DNA from: Candidatus Poriferihabitans sp. | GTDB lineage: Bacteria; Pseudomonadota; Gammaproteobacteria; Arenicellales; Poriferihabitantaceae | NCBI GenBank assembly: GCA_965220975.1 | Contig: OZ244855.1 | Coordinates: 976,967 to 1,040,966, forward strand | DNA: 64,000 nucleotides | Direction of reading: 5' to 3' | Shown here: positions 51,105-61,239 of the stretch, piece by piece | Layout: each line of letters begins with the position of its first letter | Position numbering within the stretch: the first letter of the stretch is position 1 | Notes under the pieces: model-generated | The model's input: the letters and a program-made list of their open reading frames with translations, nothing else | What the model was told of the DNA's origin: nothing | Database searches by the model: none | Made by a program: the position numbers and the translations under genes

Positions 51105-54008
51105 ATGGGTCGGAACACTGAAGGAGTATTCAACGTCATTTTAGCCAATGTATTACGTGAGATGCATCCACGCTGGCATCAATACATTGAAGCCGAACAG
51201 ACACGTAAATTCGTTAACCATTGGAGTCGGCAACCAGACCTATTAATCCACCACCCCAAAGGTCTGCCTGTAATCGTAGAAACTGAGTTTATGCCGGGCC
51301 GAACCGTCGAAGATGATGCCAAGAGTCGTCTTGGAGAGATGCTGGAAGCAGACAGCAATCCGATTGAGCAAACCATTGCGGTACGTATACCTCAGCAACT
51401 CAGCGTCGCGAGTCAGGGAGATTTATCGCGATTGATTCGAGAAACAACCGATTTTCATTTTTGTGTATTTTCCGCGGGAACAAAAGATGCCATTCGATGG
51501 CCCGAAAATGGCTGGCTGAAGGGTAATGTCAAAGATCTGGCTACTCTGATCGAACATGCTTCTCTGTCCGAAAATCGAATCGCCAGTGGAGTAAGAATTC
51601 TTGAAACAGGTGTTGCCCAAGCAAGTTACATGCTTCGAGAAGCAGGAAAAGACGCACCTGATGCGCTCAGAAACATCGCAGAAGAACTAAGACAGCAAGA
51701 CTGTGAACAGACTTCCCGCATGGCCATGGCAATAGTTGCAAATGCCATGATATTTCATAATGCTATCGCTGGACAAGAGAACATCAAATCCATTGATGAA
51801 CTTCGTAATTTTCGAGGTCGCTTGCTGAAAGTATATTTGCTTGAACACTGGCATTTCATCTATTACAACATCAATTACTGGCCAATCTTTTTCATTGCTC
51901 GACAGATCATGTTGCCCATTCCTGATCGCACTGCGCACAATATTTTGAACAGGTTAGCCAAAGCAGCTAGTCAACTAGCCGACCTTGGGACAACCAGCCA
52001 GCTGGATTTAGCCGGAAGAATGTTCCAGCAACTGATTACCGACCGGAAATTCCTGGCTACCTTCTATACCTTACCCAGTTCCGCCACCTTGCTAGCAGAG
52101 TTAGCCGTTTCAAGACTAGCCATTGATTGGGCAAATGAAAAAGCCGTTACTGGATTGCGGATTGGGGATTTTGCGTGTGGAACGGGGGCTCTACTGAATG
52201 CCGCATATGGCGCTGTGATGGCGAGATATCGGCGAGCAGGCGGAGATGATCAGGCGATCCACTCACAGATGATGGAACATGCTTTGGTGGGTGCTGATAT
52301 CATGCCTTCAGCAGTGCATTTAACGGCAACGATTTTATCGAGCAGGCACCCAAATATCACGTTCGGAGATACGTCTATTGGAATCTTAAGATATGGAATG
52401 CCGGAAGAAGGAAGTGGTCATAAGTTAAGTTTGGGCGCCTTGGATTTCTTAGAGGACGAAGCGACAATGCCAATTTGGGGCACAGGACACAAGAACGTTC
52501 ATGGTATCAAGGAGGATAGCAAGCAGGAATTACATATCAAGCATGGATCTTTCGATTTGGTCATTATGAATCCGCCTTTTACACGACCTACGGGTCAAGA
52601 AGCGGAGAGGATCGGCGTCCCAGTCCCTTCTTTCGCAGCTTTTGGAACGGAAGAAGAGATTCAGCGAGCGATGTCAGTTGAACTCAAAAAAATGACCAAG
52701 CCCGGCATGGCTGGTGACGGGCAAGCGGGGCTGGCATCAAACTTCATCGACTTGGCGCATAAAAAACTCAAGCCAGGTGGCGTTTTGGCACTGATATTGC
52801 CGTCTACCTTTATTCAGGGCGATGCATGGGAAAAATCTCGCAAGCTGATTCATGAGCACTATCATGACATTTGCATCTTTAGTATAGCGGCCACTGGTTC
52901 TACCGACCGTGCGTTTTCTGCAGATACCGGCATGGCGGAAGTAATGGTGCTTGCTACTCGCCGTAGCAAGGAGAGCAAGTCAGCTAAAACTGATGCTGCT
53001 TATATCAACCTGCACAGGAGGCCCCAATCGATGCTGGAAGCTTTTGCAATGGGCAAGCCGGAAATCAATTTCGAGGCAGGTGCAAAGGACGGTTCGTATG
53101 AAATTGGCAAAGAACGGGTTGGCAACTGGATTGTAGCTGAGTTGTCCGAGGGAGGATTTGCGGGTGTTCGTGAAAATGATGTTTCCCGATTTGCTCATCA
53201 CTTGGAACGAAGCGAATTGGTACTTCCCAGGATGAGTAAGACCGTCAGGGTCCCTCTATGCCCACTTTCTGAGCTTGGAGAACGTGGGCTGTATCATATG
53301 GATTTGACAGGAACAGAGCAAAATAGCGATGGACAACCACGAGGCCCGTTCGAAAAGAAACTGCTAATCCAGGGTGAAATTCCAACATATCCCATGTTAT
53401 GGTCACATGATGCGAAGCGCGAGACCTCGTTTATAGTTGAAATCGATTCTTGTGGTAGGCCTCGTATCGACTGTGAGGGTCGGGCACTAAAGGCGTGGCA
53501 GAAAACAGCGACTCGGCTACACTTCAATCGGGATTTCCGGCTCAACTCGCAGCCATTGGCGGCTTGCATGACTCGGGAGCCATCAATTGGCGGTCGGGCC
53601 TGGCCGAACTTCGTATGCGAAAATCAAGGATGGGAGCTAATTTTGGCTTTGTGGGGAAACACTACACTCGGATTGATCGCATTTTGGTGGGCAGGCACGC
53701 GCCAACAACAAGGAAGAGCCTGCCTACCTATATCCCTATTGCCCGCCTTGCTTACGCTTGATGTCCGTAAATTATCCAGTGAACAATTATCCAAAGGAGA
53801 TGAAATATTCGAGAGTTTTGCGGATCAACATTTTCGTCCGGCCAATGAGGCGTGGGATGATGCGGTGCGCCAAGACCTGGATCGATCCGTATTGATCGAT
53901 CTTTTGGAGTTGCCTGTTCACATTCTGGAACCTCTGGATCTGCTCAGGAAGCAATGGTGTGCAGAGCCAACCGTTCATGGAGGAAAAAACACAAGACCAG
54001 CCATCTAA
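51105..54008 (+). CDS. Type IIG/IIL-like restriction-modification fusion: PD-(D/E)xK-like N-terminus, gamma-class N6-adenine methyltransferase, and C-terminal specificity region
   Basis: About 967 aa. The N-terminus has QPDLLIHHPKGLPVIVETEF. SAM motif I is IGDFACGTGALLNAAY (about 52161..52208). Motif IV is MNPPF (NPPF codons 52569..52580). About 350 aa after the methyltransferase core have no recognised motif. Confidence 0.65.
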   Translation: MGRNTEGVFNVILANVLREMHPRWHQYIEAEQTRKFVNHWSRQPDLLIHHPKGLPVIVETEFMPGRTVEDDAKSRLGEMLEADSNPIEQTIAVRIPQQLSVASQGDLSRLIRETTDFHFCVFSAGTKDAIRWPENGWLKGNVKDLATLIEHASLSENRIASGVRILETGVAQASYMLREAGKDAPDALRNIAEELRQQDCEQTSRMAMAIVANAMIFHNAIAGQENIKSIDELRNFRGRLLKVYLLEHWHFIYYNINYWPIFFIARQIMLPIPDRTAHNILNRLAKAASQLADLGTTSQLDLAGRMFQQLITDRKFLATFYTLPSSATLLAELAVSRLAIDWANEKAVTGLRIGDFACGTGALLNAAYGAVMARYRRAGGDDQAIHSQMMEHALVGADIMPSAVHLTATILSSRHPNITFGDTSIGILRYGMPEEGSGHKLSLGALDFLEDEATMPIWGTGHKNVHGIKEDSKQELHIKHGSFDLVIMNPPFTRPTGQEAERIGVPVPSFAAFGTEEEIQRAMSVELKKMTKPGMAGDGQAGLASNFIDLAHKKLKPGGVLALILPSTFIQGDAWEKSRKLIHEHYHDICIFSIAATGSTDRAFSADTGMAEVMVLATRRSKESKSAKTDAAYINLHRRPQSMLEAFAMGKPEINFEAGAKDGSYEIGKERVGNWIVAELSEGGFAGVRENDVSRFAHHLERSELVLPRMSKTVRVPLCPLSELGERGLYHMDLTGTEQNSDGQPRGPFEKKLLIQGEIPTYPMLWSHDAKRETSFIVEIDSCGRPRIDCEGRALKAWQKTATRLHFNRDFRLNSQPLAACMTREPSIGGRAWPNFVCENQGWELILALWGNTTLGLIAFWWAGTRQQQGRACLPISLLPALLTLDVRKLSSEQLSKGDEIFESFADQHFRPANEAWDDAVRQDLDRSVLIDLLELPVHILEPLDLLRKQWCAEPTVHGGKNTRPAI

Positions 54009-54010
54009 TG

Positions 54011-54046
54011 GCTGATATGTGTTATGCCGATATCAGCATAATTTTG
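54011..54046 (+). terminator. Rho-independent terminator after the RM-like gene
   Basis: Stem GCTGATAT (54011..54018) / ATATCAGC (54030..54037), followed by ATAATTTTG. Confidence 0.55.
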
Positions 54047-54352
54047 TGGAACGGGTGATGCGAATGAGCAAAGTGGAGCAGAAAATATCTGGCACCTTCT
54101 GTTCCTTCAAGGTGCTACAAGCCTATTGCCGATGTGCGAGCTACTTACCAACCCTGAATATGTTCGGATATAACCCCGCTAACTCCGATTGAACTCGTAC
54201 TGAAGGGCAAGGCAGTCAACATACTCAAAAATAGCTATACAAAATAATCACACTCGGAGAAAATTATCCCTCAATTATTCATAACACCGTTTTCATGGCC
54301 TTTTTGCCCCCTTTATTTCATGTGCAATCAAGGGGGCGGGCGAGTAAGTTAC
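54047..54352 (+). mobile_element. 3-prime terminal fragment of an IS66-family (ISBst12-like) element: transposase C-terminal remnant plus terminal repeat
   Basis: Translation gives VERVMRMSKVEQKISGTFCSFK..., then after a frameshift ITPLTPIELVLKGKAVNILKNSYTK*. This resembles the conserved ...ERDIRMxKVKQKISGxFRS... tail. The fragment ends ...GGGGGCGGGCGAGTAAGTTAC at 54352, which is the reverse complement of a GTAAC... IS66-type terminus. Confidence 0.6.
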
Positions 54353-54542
54353 CCTGTAACTTTCTTTTATTAAAATGTTCGGTAAAGGCGAGTTTTTTCT
54401 GCCATTAGGGAATGTTCGTTGATTTTCTACCCTAAACGCAAATTTATAAGGTAGGCAGATTTGAGCAGATGGTCTGGCACTCGCAAACTATCTGGCTTTT
54501 GATGAACTTTGAACGAGAGATAATCGAATGATGGTGTCTTGA

Positions 54543-55043
54543 TCAATCGGCACGACGATTCAGGACGAAAAGTACAATGCCCAAAATCATAATGGAAACT
54601 GCCGCATAAAAAAGTGAGCCTCCATCCGATTCTCCCTTATGCAAGACTTCAATACCCAATGGGGTAAAAAGGTGAAAAAATGTCGCGCCAGCCATCACAG
54701 CGCTCGCCATGAGACCACCATACTGATGTAGTTTTTTTCGTACGCCTTGAGCATCTATCTTGCCAGCTTTGCTCAAAATCCAGTAAATGGCCGGAGCTAT
54801 CAGAACTAGCGAAGTAAGAATTTCAAAACTACCAACAACATAAGGCCCAAATTGAGTGAAAAACGCCCCCAACCATTCGAAAAATACCTCACCCATCCAA
54901 TTACCAATGGTTCCAAATATATGTTGCGTATCGGGATGATTTGAGAACTTGTAGGGAATTGACGACAAAAATACTCTACAAATCCAGAATACAATGCACC
55001 AACTAAGAACTGGGACAACAAATTTCTTGAGATTATCGTTCAT
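54543..55043 (-). CDS. DoxX-like four-TM membrane protein
   Basis: Likely start is MNDNLKKF at 55043. Hydrophobic pattern only. Confidence 0.4.
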   Translation of the reverse strand: MNDNLKKFVVPVLSWCIVFWICRVFLSSIPYKFSNHPDTQHIFGTIGNWMGEVFFEWLGAFFTQFGPYVVGSFEILTSLVLIAPAIYWILSKAGKIDAQGVRKKLHQYGGLMASAVMAGATFFHLFTPLGIEVLHKGESDGGSLFYAAVSIMILGIVLFVLNRRAD

Positions 55044-55126
55044 TTTGCTTTGTCTCGATGAGTGATTTTTCAATAGTTGATCAAGGCATTGTGCTGATCG
55101 TGCTTAGTTTTCCAGCCCTGCCTTTA

Positions 55127-56296
55127 TCATAGCTGGTCTAGTGCCTGCTTCAGGTCTGCGATGAGATCTTCGGCAGATTCCAAACCGGTCGAAAGCCGAA
55201 CCAGACCGTCCGTGATTCCTGCCGACATTCGTTCTTCACGCGGCATATCCGCATGGGTCATGGTTACAGAGTGAGTAACCAGCGACTCGACAGAGCCTAG
55301 ATTTTCAGCAAGACTCCATAGTTCCAGAGCATTCATCAACTGCTTGCCCGCCTCAACGCCTCCTTTTACCTCAAACCAGAGCATCGATCCATAACCACTA
55401 GCCTGACGATTTGCTAATTCCCTTTGTGGAAATGAGTCAAGGCCCGGATAACAAACCCGATCCACAGCATTGTGAGTAGCTAGAAAATCAGCAATACGAG
55501 TGGCATTTTCGGACTGGGCTCGAATACGTGTGCTCAGCGTCTTGCACCCCTGTAAAGTATAGAAAGCCACCATTGGAGACATGTTGCTTCCTAGACAGTT
55601 TCTGACAAACTTGATCGACTCCAGCAATTCTTCCGTCTTTGAAGTGATTGAGCCACCAACACTGATATTGTGTCCTTCCATGAATTTGGTTGTGGAATGC
55701 AGGGATATATCAGCACCAAGTTCCAGGGGTCTCTGAAAATACGGAGTCAAAAAAGTATTATCCACTACATGCGGAATGCCCTTTTCAGTGGCAATTTGTG
55801 AAACTGCAGCAATGTCGGTTAGTTTGAGGGTCGGATTTGCTGGTGTTTCAGTAAAAATCAAACGGGTTTCAGGGCAAAGTGCTTGAACAATATTGGCTGG
55901 ATCTGAAGTATCAACAAAACTGAAGTCCACCCCCAGTCGTGATAACACATGCGTCGCAAGTCGATGCGTTCCACCATAAACCACATCCGACAAAATACAG
56001 TGATCACCATGACTTAACAAAGCCATCATGGTAGCACTCGTTGCCGCCATACCCGTTGCAAAACAAGCGCTACCAACACCATTCTCCAAAGAAGTTATTT
56101 TCTTTTCAAGTGCAACTACTGTAGGGTTGCCTGAACGGCTATATGAATACCCCTTATCCATGTACTGATCGACAGATTCCTGGACATAGGTTGTGGTCTG
56201 ATAAATTGGCGTCAGTATTGCTCCGGTTGTCGGGTCAGGCTCTATACCGTCATGAATCTCTCGAGTTTGGAATCGTTGCTTGGTTTTATCACTCAT
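55127..56296 (-). CDS. PLP-dependent Cys/Met-metabolism enzyme (cystathionine gamma-synthase/beta-lyase/methionine gamma-lyase family)
   Basis: 389 aa. Motifs: YSRSGNPT, SGMAA-type region (TGMAATSA), HSTTKFMEGH (PLP-binding lysine). Confidence 0.8.
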   Translation of the reverse strand: MSDKTKQRFQTREIHDGIEPDPTTGAILTPIYQTTTYVQESVDQYMDKGYSYSRSGNPTVVALEKKITSLENGVGSACFATGMAATSATMMALLSHGDHCILSDVVYGGTHRLATHVLSRLGVDFSFVDTSDPANIVQALCPETRLIFTETPANPTLKLTDIAAVSQIATEKGIPHVVDNTFLTPYFQRPLELGADISLHSTTKFMEGHNISVGGSITSKTEELLESIKFVRNCLGSNMSPMVAFYTLQGCKTLSTRIRAQSENATRIADFLATHNAVDRVCYPGLDSFPQRELANRQASGYGSMLWFEVKGGVEAGKQLMNALELWSLAENLGSVESLVTHSVTMTHADMPREERMSAGITDGLVRLSTGLESAEDLIADLKQALDQL

Positions 56297-56378
56297 GATG
56301 AAAAATACATCTGATCAGGTTAGAAATACATAGTGTCAGTTATTCAGCCAAATTAATACTTACAAGGAATGTCATAAC

Positions 56379-57992
56379 TTACGGTTCGTTATCACAACCA
56401 CAAGACGGCATAGGGGAATTTTGGCGATTGAAGTAATCAACCAGAAAATCATCAAAACTCATTGAATCTGCGTTTTCGATATCCTTTTGGGCTTGATGAG
56501 ACTCCCGAGACAGGGATTCGAATTTCTTCGAGATATCAGCCTTAAGCTGAGAATTTTTAAAATACAGTTCAGTCTCTTCGGCCAGCTCCATTGCAAACTC
56601 GTAGAAACTCTCTTTATTGCTGGCAACTCGAGAAACGATCTGTCCGGATGGAGTCAGTTCTGGATGCTCAACCTTGAATCTTTGCGATTGAAGGGCAAGC
56701 CGATAATTAATACTATTCTCAAGAGAATCCAGCAACTCTGCTAGAGGCGTTAATGCATCCAACAATTCATGCATTTGTACCAAAGCCTTTCTTTTTCCAC
56801 TGGCCAGGGTAATCTCGGAATCAGGATTGCGTCCATTTATGACCATTTCCTGCTGATTCTTGCAGGTCAATTGAAATTCTGCATCATCCATATTCGGACT
56901 ATCCATCAACAAACAGGCAAGTAGCAATAAATCATAAAAACGAATGCAATCTTGATCAATACCTACTGGTACAAATGGATTCAGGTCAATGTTTCGGATT
57001 TCAACATATTCAACACCTCCAAGACATAGTGCCCTAGATGGACTCTGCCCGGATTTGGCTACCCGCTTGGGGCGTATTGATGCATAAAATTCATTTTCTA
57101 TTTGTAGCAAATTGGAGTTTAATTGCCGGTAATGTCCGTTGGTTTTAACTCCGATCTTTTCGTATAAAGGATACGAAGTTTGAATAGCATGGCGTAATGA
57201 TTGGACGAAAGACTCAACATCGTTGTAATTGATTTGAATATCATTTTGGGCATCATTGCTATAGCCGAGATGACTTAATCGAAGTGAAGTGGCTGTCGGA
57301 CCATAGAACGTATGGCAATGTAACGGCGTCAGGGAGTGCTCACGATCATGCAGAAAAGTCTGACATACTGCAGGAGAAGCGCCAAACAGGTAAATTGTCA
57401 CCCATGACAAACGATGATAATTTCGGATCAGGCCAAAATACCGTTTCGACTTGTAGTTTTTAACATCATTAATATTTTCTTGTTCAGCAATCTTAGACCA
57501 GAAATCTTCAGGCAACGAAAAGTTGTAATGGATGCCCGCAATCGTCTGCATCAGCGAACCATAACGATGATGTAGACCCTCCCGATATACTTCTTTCATG
57601 CGTGCAATATTTGATGTCCCATACTGAGCAATTGGGATTTGCTCCTCGCTTTCAACAATACATGGCATGCTATTGACCCACAGTTTCTCATTGCCGATAT
57701 GCTGATAGGTAAAATGATGAATATTATGCAGTTCCAGCAGGAGCTCGGATATCTCCGTGTGAATACCGGTCACAAATTCGAGTAGAGATTCCGAATAGTC
57801 AGTAGTGATGGAACTGTGGGTAAGACTCGAGCCCAAGGCATATGGATGAGGAGTTGAAGCCAGTGTTCCATCAGGTGTGACACGAAGACTTTCTTTTTCA
57901 ATGCCACGGTTCAATTGTCCCAAGTATTGCCCTAGCTCACGGTTAAGCAGGGAATCCACTGCTTTTTTCAAACTGTCAGACAAAACAGACAT
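56379..57992 (-). CDS. gshA: Glutamate-cysteine ligase, proteobacterial type
   Basis: 537 aa. Motifs: RGIEKESLRV, HSSITTDYSESLLEFVTG, GIHYNFSLP. These match the E. coli-type GshA pattern. Confidence 0.85.
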   Translation of the reverse strand: MSVLSDSLKKAVDSLLNRELGQYLGQLNRGIEKESLRVTPDGTLASTPHPYALGSSLTHSSITTDYSESLLEFVTGIHTEISELLLELHNIHHFTYQHIGNEKLWVNSMPCIVESEEQIPIAQYGTSNIARMKEVYREGLHHRYGSLMQTIAGIHYNFSLPEDFWSKIAEQENINDVKNYKSKRYFGLIRNYHRLSWVTIYLFGASPAVCQTFLHDREHSLTPLHCHTFYGPTATSLRLSHLGYSNDAQNDIQINYNDVESFVQSLRHAIQTSYPLYEKIGVKTNGHYRQLNSNLLQIENEFYASIRPKRVAKSGQSPSRALCLGGVEYVEIRNIDLNPFVPVGIDQDCIRFYDLLLLACLLMDSPNMDDAEFQLTCKNQQEMVINGRNPDSEITLASGKRKALVQMHELLDALTPLAELLDSLENSINYRLALQSQRFKVEHPELTPSGQIVSRVASNKESFYEFAMELAEETELYFKNSQLKADISKKFESLSRESHQAQKDIENADSMSFDDFLVDYFNRQNSPMPSCGCDNEP

Positions 57993-58077
57993 GACCTTTA
58001 ATGGATGACCGGAAATTGAATGTGCAAAGTGGTATGGTTTGATACAATACCTTTGCTAAATTTGATGACCTACACTT

Positions 58078-59067
58078 ATGGAAAAAACATTTGCCTTAGC
58101 CCCGATGATGTCAATTACCGATCGGCATTTTAGGGTATTTATTCGTCAAATCTTCCCAAGGTCGCAATTGTATACCGAAATGATCTCTACGGGTTCAATC
58201 ATTCATGGTTCAAGGCTGGATGCGCTGGACTTTGACCCGCTTGAACACCCAGTTGGTATTCAGTTTGGAGGCAGTAATCCACAAGAACTGGCTTACTGCT
58301 CAAAACTTGCCGAGCAAAGAGGATATGATGAGATCAATCTGAATATCGGATGTCCAAGTAATCGCGTACAAAACGCCCGATTTGGCGCCTGCTTAATGGC
58401 TGAACCCGATTTGGTCGCTAGTTGTGTTGAGCAAATCAAAAGTGTCTGTGATTTGCCAGTTACTATCAAAACCCGAATTGGAATCGATAGGCACGCTGAT
58501 TATGAATTTCTGGCAAAATTCATTGCCAGAACCTCCGGTGCTGGTTGTAACATGTTTTATATTCATGCTCGTAAAGCCTGGCTTAAAGGATTAAACCCCC
58601 GTCAAAATAGGAACATTCCTCCACTAGAGTATGACAAGGTTTACAAACTGAAAAAAGACTTTCCAAACCTTCGCATTATCGTGAATGGCGGTATCCATAC
58701 TCTAAGTGAGGTTGAATCCCATCTCGAAAAACTGGATGGAGTCATGATCGGTAGGGAAGCAAATCGTAATCCATGGTTCATGAAAGAGCTAAGCGATTAT
58801 TATTGCGGTAACCCTTCGGCAAACCCAGAGCCTGACCGAGAAACAATCGTTCGTTCCTATATGGACTACATCGAGCAACAGTTAACCCTAGGCGTCAGCC
58901 TGAAATCGATGGTACGACATCTGACGGGCATATATCATGGCCAAAGGGGGGCTAGATACTGGCGTAGAATGTTATGCGGAGATGGTCCAGTTTCGGAACT
59001 TGGGCTAGAAATAGTAGAATCGGCTCTTCAGAAAGTCACGAGTATGCAAACCCTCCAGCATACATAA
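58078..59067 (+). CDS. dusA: tRNA-dihydrouridine synthase A
   Basis: 329 aa. Motifs: APMMSITDRHFR, INLNIGCPS, HARKAWLKGLNPRQNRNIPPLEY. These match the DusA pattern. Confidence 0.85.
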   Translation: MEKTFALAPMMSITDRHFRVFIRQIFPRSQLYTEMISTGSIIHGSRLDALDFDPLEHPVGIQFGGSNPQELAYCSKLAEQRGYDEINLNIGCPSNRVQNARFGACLMAEPDLVASCVEQIKSVCDLPVTIKTRIGIDRHADYEFLAKFIARTSGAGCNMFYIHARKAWLKGLNPRQNRNIPPLEYDKVYKLKKDFPNLRIIVNGGIHTLSEVESHLEKLDGVMIGREANRNPWFMKELSDYYCGNPSANPEPDRETIVRSYMDYIEQQLTLGVSLKSMVRHLTGIYHGQRGARYWRRMLCGDGPVSELGLEIVESALQKVTSMQTLQHT

Positions 59068-59423
59068 ACCATTCTGTTTTACTCGACAGAGCTTTTTATC
59101 CAACAAACCCCAATTCAAGCTTGGCAAGTATTCGGTCAATCCCATGTAGAAACGTTCGTTCCTGGTAATCACCCCTTCGGCCATGAAATCCCCGGATTAC
59201 AATTGACTCGACAACTGCATCATCCATACCGGTTGAGTCGCGACCAGAATTGCGAGATAGTTGTCCAAAAGCCGCCTGGAATGGATCGTTGTCATCCATG
59301 CAAAATCAGGAAACAGCATCTCAATGGCGATGGCCTTTTACTAGAACATCGATTCGTCAACTAATACATTACAAGGCAATAAACAGCAACTGCTCGCTTC
59401 AGCAATGTCAAGATGATCGCATC

Positions 59424-61015
59424 ATGAGTGAAAAAACACGAACAGATCGCCATCCGCTACCGCTTGGACTTGAATCATTTCGCAGACTTCGAGAGAGGGG
59501 CTGTTATTATGTGGATAAAACGCCCCTGATCCGGCAAATGATCAACGAGGGTGATTTCTACTTCCTCTCTCGTCCGTGCCGTTTCGGCAAGAGTCTGCTG
59601 GTCGATACCTTGCAGGAACTGTTCGAGGGCAATGAGTCGCTGTTCGAAGGCCTGGACATCCACCCGCACCGGGACTGGTCGGTCAGGCATCCGGTGGTTC
59701 GTCTGACCCTGGATGGGGTTGTCAGTACGCCAGAGAAGCTGGAAGACAGCGTGTCAGGCCAGCTGCACAAGACTGGAAAGAACTTCAACCTGGAACGCCC
59801 TCCGGCAAAGTATGCTGCGGAACGGCTTCGGTATATCCTTTTCGAATTGCATCAGGCGACTGGCCAACAGGTGGTGGTACTGGTCGATGAACATGACAAG
59901 CCGGTGCTGGACGTACTGGAAGATGACGAGAAGGCTAAAGCGAACAGGGATAGCCTTCGGGAGATCTACAGCATCCTGAAGAGTGCTCAAAAACACATCC
60001 GCTTCGTGTTCGTGACCGGCATCACGATGTTTTCCAAGGCCAGTTTTTCATCCGGCCTGAACAATCTCACGAACATCAGCCTGTCGCCGAGGTATGCGGC
60101 CATCTGCGGCTATACGGACCAGGATCTGGAGACCGTATTTGCTCCGGAACTGGAAGGTCTGGATCGGGACAGGATTCGCGAATGGTACAACGGCTACAAC
60201 TGGCTGGGCGAGGACAAGCTCTACAATCCCCACGACATTCTGCACCTCTTTTATGAACGTGAATATACGGAGCACTGGTTCGAATCCGGGGGCCGGGTTA
60301 TCTCTACCGGATACTGGAGAAGAACCGGGTCAGTCCCCTGCAGCTGGAAAACCTCGTGGTCGAAGCCTCCTCTCTGAAAAAGCTTGAACTGGGCACGTTC
60401 AGTCCCGAGGCCCTGCTGTTCCAGTCCGGTTATCTGACCATCAAGGAAATGGAACTGCAAGACAAACGCATTCTGTACCATCTGGCCTTTCCGAATTTTG
60501 CAGTACAGAGAAGTTTCAACTACGGGATGGCCGAGCACTTGACCAAGCAGGGTGAGCAAGTTACAGTTCCGGGAAAGGGACTGCTTCAAGCCCTGGGAGA
60601 GAACGACTTTTCTGCATTCAGGCAGAAAATTCGGGAATTGCTTCCGAATCTTCCGCATGCTTGGCATGACAGCGGAAAGCTTGGTCATCATGAGTCCTGG
60701 TATGCGAGCATGCTGTACATGAGTTTTCGAACAACAACCGCCAACCTGGCAGTCGAGGAAATGACCAGTCAGGGCCGCTCGGACATGGTGCTGCTGCATG
60801 AGAATCAGGTGTTCGTGTTCGAGTTCAAGATGGTGAAGGGCTAAAGAAACATGGAAAGAAAGACCAGGGAACGTCTGGACAGGGCGATCGAACAAACTCG
60901 CGCAAAAAAGTATGCCGAGAAGTATCTTGACTGCCGGGAACCGATTCACCTGATCGGCATGGCATTTGGCGAGAAAGCTCGAAACCTGCTGGATATTCGG
61001 GTGGAGAGGCTTTGA
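59424..61015 (+). pseudogene. AAA-ATPase-like plus PD-(D/E)xK (PDDEXK_9-type) gene, disrupted by one frameshift and one in-frame TAA
   Basis: The start reads MSEKTRTDRHPLPLGLESFRRLRERGCYYVDKTPLI...RPCRFGKSL. The frame switches at the G5 run 60288..60292: WFESGG followed by PGYLYRILEKN continues in another frame. A TAA at 60842..60844 interrupts ...FEFKMVKG*RNMERKTRERLDRAIEQTRAKKYAEKY. The stop is at 61013..61015. Visibly GC-rich. Confidence 0.7.
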
Positions 61016-61239
61016 CCTTGCATGCATTTCCCTTACATCCATTTACACTCGTCTGCAAATCAATCTGTGGAAACACATGCAGGGCAGAGCCTCCTGCGAA
61101 TTCCGGCGAAAAGAAAAGCATCAAGCAAAACCACTGAATTCAAAGAGGACATGTAGTTGCATAATACAATAAGCTCTGAACATGAGCCAAGCGACAGCAC
61201 TTTTTCATATCTTTTACAGGGTTGACCGAATATTTAACC

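Noticed and set aside
50866-51105. A 79-aa ORF just upstream of the RM-like gene could be a controller (C) protein.
   Set aside because: It has a GTG start, no helix-turn-helix pattern and low-complexity sequence. It begins only 56 bp after the IS256 end and is probably non-coding.
59096-59299. A 67-aa minus-strand ORF lies between dusA and the GC-rich pseudogene and could be a small toxin or antitoxin.
   Set aside because: It has no ribosome-binding site, no partner gene and no recognisable motif. It may be a fragment of the foreign insert, but I cannot support a call.
58078-61015. A dusA-targeting integrative element could explain the foreign DNA next to dusA.
   Set aside because: Known DusA-specific islands integrate at the 5-prime end of dusA and encode an integrase. 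Here the foreign DNA lies 3-prime of an intact dusA, and no integrase or att repeat is seen.
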